Assembly (NCBI GenBank): GCA_040225955.1
Contig: JBECUL010000024.1
Location: 1 to 29,067 of the forward strand
From: Candidatus Asgardarchaeum abyssi
GTDB lineage: Archaea; Asgardarchaeota; Asgardarchaeia; Asgardarchaeales; Asgardarchaeaceae
Direction of reading: 5' to 3'
DNA: 29,067 nt
Part shown: positions 1 to 8,182 of the stretch, one piece after another
How the letters are laid out: every line of letters begins with the position of its first letter
How positions within the stretch are numbered: position 1 is the first letter of the stretch
The notes under the pieces: generated by a model
What the model saw: the letters and a program-made list of their open reading frames with translations, nothing else
The model's database searches: none
What the model was told of the DNA's origin: nothing
Program-made: the position numbers and the translations under genes

Positions 1-645
1 TTTTTTATTGGGGAATTTTGAAAATTCATGGAGGATTGAGGCGGATCTTGGTGTCTAGGGAGCGTACTCATTTCGAAAATAGTGCGGAAGTACTGTTGAA
101 AGCAAATTACTTATAAATCAACACGCGCTTTCACGAAGCCAATAAAATTAATATATTTTTAGTTTAGTGAACTCCATTTTTAACTCAAAAACAAACTTAC
201 TACATCACAAAAGTTTGTATAGCTTGCAGAGAATAATAGCTCTAACATTATGTATTTGCTTAAAGATTATTACTACAAGAGATAAAAATTACATGAGGTG
301 ATAATATTGCATGTGGAGAATGAACTTAGGAAGATACCATCATACTCTGAAGAACTTGGATTAGACCTTCATAAGCCTGAAGACAGATTTCTATGGTTTC
401 TAGCCTCTCTACTTTTCGCAAAGAGAATTTCGGCAGAAATAGCGAAGAAAACTTTCATGTTATTCGTAAACCAAGAGTTAACCACGCCAGATAAAATATT
501 AGATGTGGGATGGGATAAATTGGTAGATATTTTGGATTCTGGAGGCTACGTAAGATATGATTTTTCGACAGCTACGAATATCTTAGAATGTATGAAATTG
601 TTAAAGAAGAAATATAGAGGTAATTTAGATAGATTGCACGAAATG

Positions 646-865
646 GGGTTCAGTGGATGTCCGCATTGGTGAGTGAACATCCACCTTAGGCCTCATCAGC
701 CTCAGCTCCCTCTGGGTTCATGGGGAGCAAGTCATTGGTCTTGACCCCGTTCAGGGTAAACCACAAGCCCACATCACATTGCCCCTTTCGGTGCTTTATT
801 GCCACCACATTCAGGTATTACCTCAATACTCACAAATATCACAAAATATTTAACTATTTCGGAGG
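646..865 (-). mobile_element. Non-autonomous IS607 (or IS200/IS605)-derived mini-element, ~220 bp, no ORF
   Basis: Inserted cleanly at a GG dinucleotide (aaatGG|ggttc...ttcggag|GGcgttag), with no TIR or long TSD. One end has short direct repeats (minus strand atattttgtg-atatttgtg). The rest is GC-rich with hairpins (gtggatgt 653-660 / acatccac 677-684) and shares motifs (gatgtg..., atgaa-ccagag) with the sequence downstream of the tnpB remnant at 11.9 kb. Second copy at 2892-3022. Confidence 0.75.
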
Positions 866-872
866 GCGTTAG

Positions 873-971
873 GGTAACATTTGAGAATAGGTGATATAAC
901 ACTGTTTTAGCACTTAGGAGTTGAAGGCTCATGGTAAATCATTTATAAATCACCCATTTTCGAATGTTACC
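873..971. mobile_element. 99-bp MITE with terminal inverted repeats and an 8-bp target-site duplication
   Basis: Left end ggtaacatttgagaataggtgat versus reverse complement of right end ggtaacattcgaaaatgggtgat. Flanked by perfect direct repeats GGCGTTAG at 865-872 and 972-979. GG-terminated TIRs with an 8-bp TSD fit IS1/IS6/IS1595-type transposases. Confidence 0.9.
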
Positions 972-1359
972 GGCGTTAGATTCAAAAGATTTAGAGAGAA
1001 GACTTATTGAGTTTAAAGGCTTTGGTCCAACAGCAGTAAATATTTTCCTAAGAGAATTGCGGGGAATCTGGTCAAAAGCCAATCCTCCTCCATCTGTTAT
1101 TGCTGTAAAAGTAGCTGAGTGTTTAAGCATAAAAGATGTTAAAAAGTTCGAATCACAACTTGTTAGAATATACTTAGAGTATTGTAAAAAACGTAGATGC
1201 AATATATGTCCGGTTAAAACCTTTTGTACTAAGAAAACATAGCTTCTTACTCTACTTACTTTGGAAATTATGCAAAATGAATTACCTTCTATTTATAAGT
1301 CAGTCTAAAGCAATAAAATATGAAAACTTTAAACTTCAAATATAGTTGGAGGTTTTAAA

Positions 1360-1818
1360 GTGGGCACGGATTACCCAATTGAGGTAAAAACGCACACTGC
1401 ATTACATATTCTTAAAGGTGCCGTAAGAAAAGTTTTAGGTGCAAAGTGGACTGCGAGCGTATGGGTGATGGGAAATAAAGGAAAGCTAACTGTCCAATTC
1501 GATAGAAAGCCAACTAAGGAGGAGATCCAAACTATAGAGGATTTGGCAAATAAAAAGATAGAAGAAAACGTCGAAATAAAGATCCACGAACTTCCAAGAG
1601 AGGAGGCTGAAAAGCGTTGGGGAGATGAGATGTACGATTTATTCCCAATTCCAGAGAGCGTAAAAGTGTTAAAAGTCCTTGAAATTGAAGACTGGAACCT
1701 AAATGCTTGCAAGGAACAGCATACTAAAACTACTGGAGAAGTAGGAAAAATCAAAATTACGAAAATTAAATTCAGAGCAACTAAAAAGCTCTTAGAGATA
1801 TCCTTTGAGATAGAATAA
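1360..1818 (+). CDS. alaX: Free-standing alanyl-tRNA editing protein, small AlaX (AlaX-S) type
   Basis: 152 aa; zinc ligands HTALH (HxxxH) and CKEQH (CxxxH) followed by TKTTGEVG; GGAGG RBS upstream. Confidence 0.92.
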   Translation: MGTDYPIEVKTHTALHILKGAVRKVLGAKWTASVWVMGNKGKLTVQFDRKPTKEEIQTIEDLANKKIEENVEIKIHELPREEAEKRWGDEMYDLFPIPESVKVLKVLEIEDWNLNACKEQHTKTTGEVGKIKITKIKFRATKKLLEISFEIE

Positions 1819-1869
1819 TAAGTGCATTATAGAGTTATTATTTAAAATAATAATTAATGTAATGTAATA

Positions 1870-2709
1870 TTAATAATTATGCGGTGAGCTTATGTCAAGT
1901 TTTCTAAGGTATCTTAGTAACCTTACTACACCAAGCCCCCTTGTTCTTTTTACGCCTACATTAGAAAATTCAGCAAACCGAGAAAGCACATATAGCCATC
2001 CCTTATATTTTTCATCTTTTATTAAAAAACCGACATGTCCCTTAAAACCAACGATTTTCTCAGCTTTTCCAATATCCACCTCTTTCGTTACTATCTTGTA
2101 CTCCCTAACATAAACATTTTTCTCAACCCACTCCTTAAAATCCTCAAGATATACTCTCACTTCGGAAAACGTGTTCCAAATCCTAGCTAAATTTGTAAAC
2201 ACAAGCCTAGGAACAGGAAGAATAGTGGGATAGTTCTTAGCTTTCTCTTTAAACTGTGCCGGCGTTAGGAACTTAAAACGAATTATATTATCATCATGTT
2301 TTTTCTTCAATTCTTCCCTCAAAAGCTCTTCCATCGATAATTTATTAAAGTTTATTTGATGAACGTGAAAATCGAGAACTCCTAGTTTTAAATTGCCGTC
2401 AACCACAGATAATAGAATATCCATAATTGTTTTCTCTAGCCTCTCATCTAAGATCGAAAAACCAAATCTATAACTTTTGCTAGCCTCAATCTCCCACATC
2501 CCTGACTTTAGTCTTTTCTTAAAGCCCATTGGGTGCAAAGGAATCACAGCATAAGGACGAATAGCATTAACATCATGAAGCTGCTTGGATAAATTCGGAT
2601 CCTCTTTCTCTATTGTGTGAAGAAATAACCCCTGTACCAGGTGCCCCGTGAACATAGGTAAGTAACCAGTAACAAGTGAGACGACATCAAACTCCACTTT
2701 TAACATCAT
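1870..2709 (-). CDS. cas6: CRISPR pre-crRNA processing endoribonuclease Cas6
   Basis: N-terminal FTGHLVQGLFL, FKFLTP motif, VGFKG, C-terminal G-rich loop SNVGVKRTRGLGVV. Confidence 0.93.
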   Translation of the reverse strand: MMLKVEFDVVSLVTGYLPMFTGHLVQGLFLHTIEKEDPNLSKQLHDVNAIRPYAVIPLHPMGFKKRLKSGMWEIEASKSYRFGFSILDERLEKTIMDILLSVVDGNLKLGVLDFHVHQINFNKLSMEELLREELKKKHDDNIIRFKFLTPAQFKEKAKNYPTILPVPRLVFTNLARIWNTFSEVRVYLEDFKEWVEKNVYVREYKIVTKEVDIGKAEKIVGFKGHVGFLIKDEKYKGWLYVLSRFAEFSNVGVKRTRGLGVVRLLRYLRKLDISSPHNY

Positions 2710-2891
2710 AACACCCTTTCCTATCTATAATACACGCAATGTTTCTCATTACATATATAACTCAAACATCTAATAAAGATAATTTTCCACAACAACATAC
2801 TGCTAAGCTAAATTTCAGACTCATTATGTTATTTTAGTGAATGATAAAGTCTCATTATACATTGCTAGGGAACGATATGTAATCCGTTAGA

Positions 2892-3022
2892 GAGCAAGTT
2901 ATTGGTCTTGACCCCGTTCAGGGTAAACCACAAGCCCACATCACATTGCCCTTTCGGTGCTTTATTGCCACCACATTCAGGTATTACCTTAAATGATCAA
3001 AATATTTAACTGTTTCAGAGGG
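2892..3022 (-). mobile_element. Truncated second copy of the IS607-like mini-element
   Basis: Near-identical to 725-866 (gagcaagt-attggtcttgaccccgttcagggtaaaccacaagcccacatcacattgccc...aaaatatttaact-tttc-gaggg), with a short internal deletion and lacking the 646-724 part. Confidence 0.85.
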
Positions 3023-3106
3023 CATGATATTATGATTTTTGAGTATTTAGTACACCTAGAAAGATTTATAATAGCATTTTTTGTAACGATTATTAAGGTG
3101 AAAATA

Positions 3107-3976
3107 ATGGAATCCGCTAGGGAAGATACCATCATTGAGTTCATAAAGAAGTTACCAGAGGTACTTAGTAAGCATCCTGAACTTAAAAGAACATTAATGG
3201 ATGCCCTTGGAATCCCAGAAAACATAGGGGAAAGTCTTCAAGCCATATTACTCGAACTTAAGAAACTTAGGGAGGACTTCAATAAACAAATACTGGAACT
3301 GAGAAAAACTCATCAAGATGACATGAAACACGTATTGAGCGAAATAGAAAGAGTATGGAGTGAAATAGAAAAATTAAGAAATGACTATAACAGACAATTT
3401 GAGGCTTTTCAGAAGCGGATGGATCAGTTCGAAGAGCACTTGAAAAAACTTGACACGCGAATAGATCAGTTCGAAGAGCACTTGAAAAAACTTGACACGC
3501 GAATGGATCAGTTCGAGGAACACTTGAAAAAACTTGACACGCGAATGGATCAGTTCGAGGAGCACTTGAAAAAACTTGAGAGAGCAGTTAATTCATTAAG
3601 TTAACGAGTAACATCGCTTGGTGCGAGATGGGGATATGACAATGAGAATGCTGTAAGGAATGCAATAAAGGGGCTGTTAGAAGAGGACTTTGGAGTGAGA
3701 GTTGAGAAGTGGGAGTACTTTGACGAAGAAGGTTTCGTATACTGGAGGCCCAGCACTGTTGAGGTAGATGTGGTAGTTAAGGATGCAAAGCATATTCTTA
3801 TAGAGATAAAATCGCATGTGACGAAAAATGACGTGGCAATATTTTTGAAAAAAAGTGAATTGTACAGAAGAGTAACAGGAGTAGAACCAGAGCTTATGAT
3901 AGTTACACCTTACATAGAACCTACGGCTGAGGCCTATGCAAAGGACAATAAGATAAGGGTATATACAAAGGTTTGA
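3107..3976 (+). pseudogene. Coiled-coil + PD-(D/E)XK nuclease-fold protein (archaeal DUF3782/DUF1626-like) with an in-frame TAA at 3602-3604
   Basis: Likely start ATG 3107 after GGTGA. The frame continues past the stop as SLS*RVTSLGARWGYDNENAVRNAIKGLLEEDFGVRVEKWEYFDEEG... into ORF 3695..3976, with VEVDVVV...LIEIKS catalytic motifs. LGARWG is typical of this family. Confidence 0.82.
3419..3579 (+). repeat. Coding tandem repeat, 42-bp unit x ~3.8 (MDQFEEHLKKLDTR, two heptads per unit)
   Basis: Units start at 3419, 3461, 3503 and 3545: atggatcagttcgaagagcacttgaaaaaacttgacacgcga with few substitutions. Confidence 0.95.
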
Positions 3977-4324
3977 TTTAGGATTCCCTATAGATTTCGA
4001 TTTTTATAATAATTTAATTTTTCAAGTAATATATCATTTGTAGAAGAAACTAAAGATGAAAGTTGTTAAGCTATTATTTTTAAAAATCTCAAAGATATTT
4101 TCCAAAAAAAGAGGCAATATTTGATAATAATCGTTTTGTAAGACAAAGTATGACCAAATAGTTTTCCAAAAATGAAATCTTAATAGTATTGACAGATTTT
4201 TATTGTATTTAACCCTGAAACGTTTTTCAGTTGATTGAGAAAGAGATTAAAGATGCATAACATTCAAGAAGTTTGTTTTATAAAGTGAATGATTATGTAT
4301 CTCATATGCACTTTGAACGATTAA

Positions 4325-5794
4325 TCATATTCCGATGTGTTTTGATTTTCTTGGTCTTATTTGAGCGATAACAGGTGCTTTTAGTGCTATTCCGCTTACT
4401 ATTCCAACTCCATTTGGGAGGAAAGGAACTCTTTGTAAGTCAGAGATCACAGAGTAGCTTATATAAGGAGATATATAATCCAAATCTGTTTTACTATCGA
4501 TTCTGAGAATTATTTTTGTTCCACATTGACTAATTACGTCTTTGTCGAGACCTACAATTCTCTGGCTTGTCAAGCATAGGCCAATTCCGAACTTTCTCCC
4601 CTCTCTGGCTATTTTCCGCATCATGCTCTTACTGTAGCTTTCTTCGTCTTGAGGGGCAAATCTATGGCTTTCCTCAACCACTACCATTAGAGGGGGGATT
4701 ATTTGTTTCTTTCTTGCCTTAAATAATATATCAAGCAGCACACCGACTAAACTTATTCTAATTTTTTCTTCAATATCTTCACTTAGATCGACAATTGTGA
4801 GTCTACCAGGTGAAACTAATTCCTCTATCTTTGGAGGCGTACCAATAATTCCAAGCTCGCGAATTAGTTGCAATTTCCTTTTTATAGTAAATACCGTTCT
4901 TGACGCAAATTTCCACTCCGACGCCACTTTATCAACACTTTCAATGACATTGTCTATAGTAATTCGCATCTTTTCTTTCTTTAGGTTCTGAAATACCAAG
5001 AAAAGCAAATCATATTGTGTTTCAGTGGCTCCCAACATTTCTGCAAATGAGTCTGCGTTAAGCCAATCTAAACTTATTCTTAATGTCTTTGACCCGGGGT
5101 AGGATGCGAAAATAGAATATCTGATAATATCATATGACTTAGGTTCTAATCCCCATTTTTCTAATAAGCTTCCTTCCTCATAGTTTGGTGTGTTAAATCC
5201 ATGATATTCTCCATGAGTGTCTATTACAACAACTGGATAGTTGTTTTCAAGTAACTCTTCAATAATCACACCAACTGTATAGCTTTTTCCACTTCCCGTT
5301 GCACCCAGAACTGCAATATGATGTTTTATTGTTCTCTTGATATCCAAAACTATGTCAATGTTATTATTCCCATACATCTTACCCAAATAAATTCCTTTTT
5401 CTGGAAGCTTGAGAAATTGTTTTAAAAGGTCACTAGAAGCCAAATAGACAGTATCGCCGGGTTCTGGAGCGTCATTAGGTGGAGAAATTTGCCCATCTTC
5501 TATTATCCCAATTATTTGAACTGTTGCAGCCCTCCATCGGCCTATATCAACAGGATATCTGGCGTATAGCGGCATATCTCTTTTAAGATGATCCTTGATA
5601 AAAGTCGGATCTTGGAATAACTCATTTATAGAGTGCAACCTTATAATTCTCCCCAATATTATTCTTGACCCTAACGGAACCTCTACAAACTCACCAACCT
5701 TAACATCTGCATCATCATCGAGCTGAAAATTGAACTGAAGATGAGTAGGACCAGTTCTATCTGATAATATAACTCCTAATCTTTTAGCCTTCAT
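4325..5794 (-). CDS. herA: HerA/FtsK-family ATPase (HAS barrel + helicase-like domain)
   Basis: N-terminal barrel (VKVGEFVEV...ILGRI, PEPGDTVYLA), Walker A HIAVLGATGSGKS, VVVIDTHGEY, Walker B VVVEESHRFAP, IAREGRKFGIGLCLTSQR. Overlaps the upstream gene by 11 bp. Confidence 0.93.
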   Translation of the reverse strand: MKAKRLGVILSDRTGPTHLQFNFQLDDDADVKVGEFVEVPLGSRIILGRIIRLHSINELFQDPTFIKDHLKRDMPLYARYPVDIGRWRAATVQIIGIIEDGQISPPNDAPEPGDTVYLASSDLLKQFLKLPEKGIYLGKMYGNNNIDIVLDIKRTIKHHIAVLGATGSGKSYTVGVIIEELLENNYPVVVIDTHGEYHGFNTPNYEEGSLLEKWGLEPKSYDIIRYSIFASYPGSKTLRISLDWLNADSFAEMLGATETQYDLLFLVFQNLKKEKMRITIDNVIESVDKVASEWKFASRTVFTIKRKLQLIRELGIIGTPPKIEELVSPGRLTIVDLSEDIEEKIRISLVGVLLDILFKARKKQIIPPLMVVVEESHRFAPQDEESYSKSMMRKIAREGRKFGIGLCLTSQRIVGLDKDVISQCGTKIILRIDSKTDLDYISPYISYSVISDLQRVPFLPNGVGIVSGIALKAPVIAQIRPRKSKHIGI

Positions 5795-7235
5795 CAGATT
5801 CCTCCCCGAATAGAATTCTATCCCTTCTTATTTCATACTCTTCTATATAGGATCTAAGAGCACCGTGTATTGCCATTTCAATATTTCGTTTCAAAAACAT
5901 TAGATTGTTCTTTGCTAATATTTGGGCCGTTCCAGCTATACTAGGTCCTGATAGTACGGATCGATCAGGGGCTGGAAGACTTAATGAATATAAAGTGTCT
6001 AATACTCTCTCTTGGTCCTCAAGTGGAGAATCTGTTATCATCTCTACTTTTAATACGAAATTATGCCGTTTTATGTAAAACTCATACCAGTTACTTATTG
6101 GAGGTCGGCCTCTTTCTGTCTTTCTTTTAACGGGGCATGTAGCCTCCCCATCATATAATATTCCGAGCATTAAATTGAGATCACTTGTTTCTCCTATTTT
6201 CATACGTTTAACAGTATTCAATATTCGAATAATATAATTATCATGCGGTACAACGCTAACTCCCACCAAAAGCACATCTTTCTTCCTTGAAAGCTCTAAT
6301 AATCTCTTAAAAAGAGTATGTACCCTATCTCTTAATTCCATGAGATGTCTGCTGTACACAATAAATCCATGCGGCACAAGAGATCCATTTCTGAATAATA
6401 TTCTAAATTTATCACCATATTCTTTTATGGCCTCATAATCAGCACTCAAGTGCTGATATTCAACAAGGTAACGAGCTGCTATCTTTCTCCCAGACTCTAA
6501 AAGTTCTGGGAAATCACTCGTCATTTCATAAAATGGATCACCAGGAAGAAAAGGCTCCTTGCCTTTATATGTTCTCAAATCCGGTCTTATTATGCTTTTA
6601 GATCGATCTCTATCTAAGACATTTCTGCTAAAGTATCCAACATAATTCGCTGCTGAGAGGAAAACTATTGACATCGTCATTATATCTCTATATCTATAGT
6701 TCCCTAAGGTATACGCGGATGCACTTCCAGAAAACCAGACATTATCCAAAAATAAATCCCTAGCTCTCCTTTCTAAAATAAATTTATCTCCAACAAATCC
6801 CCATCTTTCAAGCTCACTATCGATTCTAAGATTTCTTAATTCATCACGAAGTTTACCAGAAAGCAAATAATCCATGTCAACCCTTTTTAGAATACTTTTT
6901 ATTTTCTCATTTATGCTTCCTAAATGCGCTAATTCAGCAACTCTTACTGGGTCTATAAAATCCTCTAATGTAATCATAGGCGTTGGTTCTAGTACGTTAT
7001 TCATCATAACTTGGTAAAGACGTCGCTGGTTCACGCTATAACGTCCACTTCCTTCATACTCAAGAACGCCTAATGTGGTTAAAATCTTTAAATAATCCCT
7101 GATAGATCTATCTGTTAAAGAAGTTTTTTCGGTTAATTCCTTTGGAGTAACATGTCCCTTTCTTTGCTGAATTTCCAAAATTATATTTAAAAGAGCTGTT
7201 AACCTTACACGGATAGTTGAGCTTGTCCGCCCCAA
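5784..7235 (-). CDS. N-terminal winged-helix domain fused to a NurA-like domain with degenerate catalytic motifs
   Basis: HTH TPKELTEKTSLTDRSIRDYLKILTTLGVLEYEGSGRYSV. NurA-like segments WFSGSASA, ILFRNGSLVP, LLVGVS, FYIKR...VLKVEM, SGPSIAGTAQILAK. Translationally coupled to herA, as nurA normally is. Confidence 0.75.
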   Translation of the reverse strand: MGRTSSTIRVRLTALLNIILEIQQRKGHVTPKELTEKTSLTDRSIRDYLKILTTLGVLEYEGSGRYSVNQRRLYQVMMNNVLEPTPMITLEDFIDPVRVAELAHLGSINEKIKSILKRVDMDYLLSGKLRDELRNLRIDSELERWGFVGDKFILERRARDLFLDNVWFSGSASAYTLGNYRYRDIMTMSIVFLSAANYVGYFSRNVLDRDRSKSIIRPDLRTYKGKEPFLPGDPFYEMTSDFPELLESGRKIAARYLVEYQHLSADYEAIKEYGDKFRILFRNGSLVPHGFIVYSRHLMELRDRVHTLFKRLLELSRKKDVLLVGVSVVPHDNYIIRILNTVKRMKIGETSDLNLMLGILYDGEATCPVKRKTERGRPPISNWYEFYIKRHNFVLKVEMITDSPLEDQERVLDTLYSLSLPAPDRSVLSGPSIAGTAQILAKNNLMFLKRNIEMAIHGALRSYIEEYEIRRDRILFGEESDEG

Positions 7236-7246
7236 AGATTAACACC

Positions 7247-7295
7247 TGAAATATATTTCCTATTTTAAAATATATTTCAAGCGATAAAATATAAA
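7247..7295 (-). promoter_or_regulatory. Promoter with palindromic operator for the wHTH-NurA/herA operon
   Basis: Perfect 12-bp inverted repeat tgaaatatattt (7247-7258) / aaatatatttca (7268-7279); each arm contains the palindrome aaatatattt. Minus-strand TATA-like tttatatt at ~7288-7295; RBS GGTG at 7243-7246. Confidence 0.6.
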
Positions 7296-7378
7296 CTTTA
7301 CTAAATAAATCTCATTAAGTGAATTCAGCGGGTAAATAGCGCTTTCCTAATTCTAAAATAAATACATTTCACTGCTTC

Positions 7379-7774
7379 TTACGAGTACAAATCCATTTTT
7401 AACTGAATGTCTTGTATCTGACCCAACGCAAAAAGAATCAGTTTATTATACAAATTCTTATCTCTAATTAGTATCGGCAAGCCATACATTAATATCTTAT
7501 ACTGCAATTTTGGAAAAACTTCATCCAGCGGTATGAGATCTATAGGAATATCTATAGCTCTTTCTAACCTATCACCTAGGAGTAGAATTTCTTTTAAACT
7601 AAGACGCGGATAAGCATAAATAGCTATATCTATATCACGAACCTCTCTTCTACGCAACGCAGACCCAAAAATAATGGCTATTTTCACTCTATTGTCTTTC
7701 ACCAATATTTGTTTTAATTTGGGTACTATCCTATTAAGGTCAATATTATAGTAGACAATACTCATTTTACTCAC
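7379..7774 (-). CDS. mntA: Minimal nucleotidyltransferase (MNT) antitoxin of a HEPN/MNT pair
   Basis: AIIFGSALRRREVRDIDIAIY (GS...DxD), IDLIPL, ILMYGLPI; adjacent to a DUF86 HEPN gene. Confidence 0.88.
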   Translation of the reverse strand: MSKMSIVYYNIDLNRIVPKLKQILVKDNRVKIAIIFGSALRRREVRDIDIAIYAYPRLSLKEILLLGDRLERAIDIPIDLIPLDEVFPKLQYKILMYGLPILIRDKNLYNKLILFALGQIQDIQLKMDLYS

Positions 7775-8134
7775 CTTTTATGTTTTTTAATAGCTTTTCT
7801 ACACACTCAAAATCATTTTTAATCGAAACATAGATTTTGTAGTCATCTACTATCCAATACCTGTGGATGATCATGTTCCTCAATCTAACTAACGCGACTA
7901 GGTCATCCACACATTTCAGACCTAATTTTTCAGCAACAAATCTTACAGTATCAACATATGATTTAGGAACAAAATCGTATCTCTCTTTCGCAATGTAAAT
8001 ACAGAGAGATATTAGCGATTCAACCAATAATATAATGTTATATCTGATGGAGTATTTTTCTTCGATATATAACTCACTAAAAGGCTTAGATGTTAGTCTA
8101 AGAGCTCATTAATAGCCTCTTCGGCTTCAGCTAC
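7767..8134 (-). pseudogene. hepT: DUF86/HepT-like HEPN ribonuclease toxin, 5'-truncated and frameshifted
   Basis: HEPN motif RNMIIHRY plus PKSYVD. Family-like sequence extends upstream of the 8027 TTG (RLTSKPFSELYIEEKYSIRYNIILLVESL), shifts frame near 8101 to VAEAEEAINEL, and is preceded by a stop with no start codon. Confidence 0.78.
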
Positions 8135-8182
8135 CTATAGTTTAAGAAAAAAATGAAAAGAAAAAAGAGATGTTATTATTTG

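Larger units (their letters stand above)
298..1242 (+). pseudogene. HhH-GPD / endonuclease III-like DNA glycosylase family gene interrupted by a 327-bp composite insertion (646-972)
   Basis: Joining ATG 643-645 to GCG 973-975 restores one 205-aa ORF reading ...YRGNLDRLHEM/ALDSKDLERRLIEFKGFGPTAVNIFLRELRGIW..., with an HhH motif (FKGFGP) and a C-terminal Cys cluster (CKKRRCNICPVKTFC) resembling the EndoIII Fe-S motif. ORF-track pieces 298..672 and 964..1242 are the two halves. Confidence 0.9.

Noticed and set aside
1-140. Possible IS/MITE end at 140 (reverse complement ggcttcgtgaaagcgcgtgttgatttataa shares tgatttataa with the 99-bp MITE end)
   Set aside because: The partner end would lie outside the window and no transposase is visible, so it cannot be supported.
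646-972. Insertion as an intron, intein or IStron because its length is a multiple of three
   Set aside because: It contains in-frame stops, I see no bulge-helix-bulge or group I core, and it is fully explained by two transposon-derived elements with a TSD and a GG junction.
2993-3106. N-terminal extension of ORF 2993..3604
   Set aside because: It starts inside the mini-element copy; ATG 3107 has a proper GGTGA RBS.
3419-3579. 42-bp repeats as a CRISPR-like array
   Set aside because: Head-to-tail with no spacers, and in frame as coiled-coil heptads.
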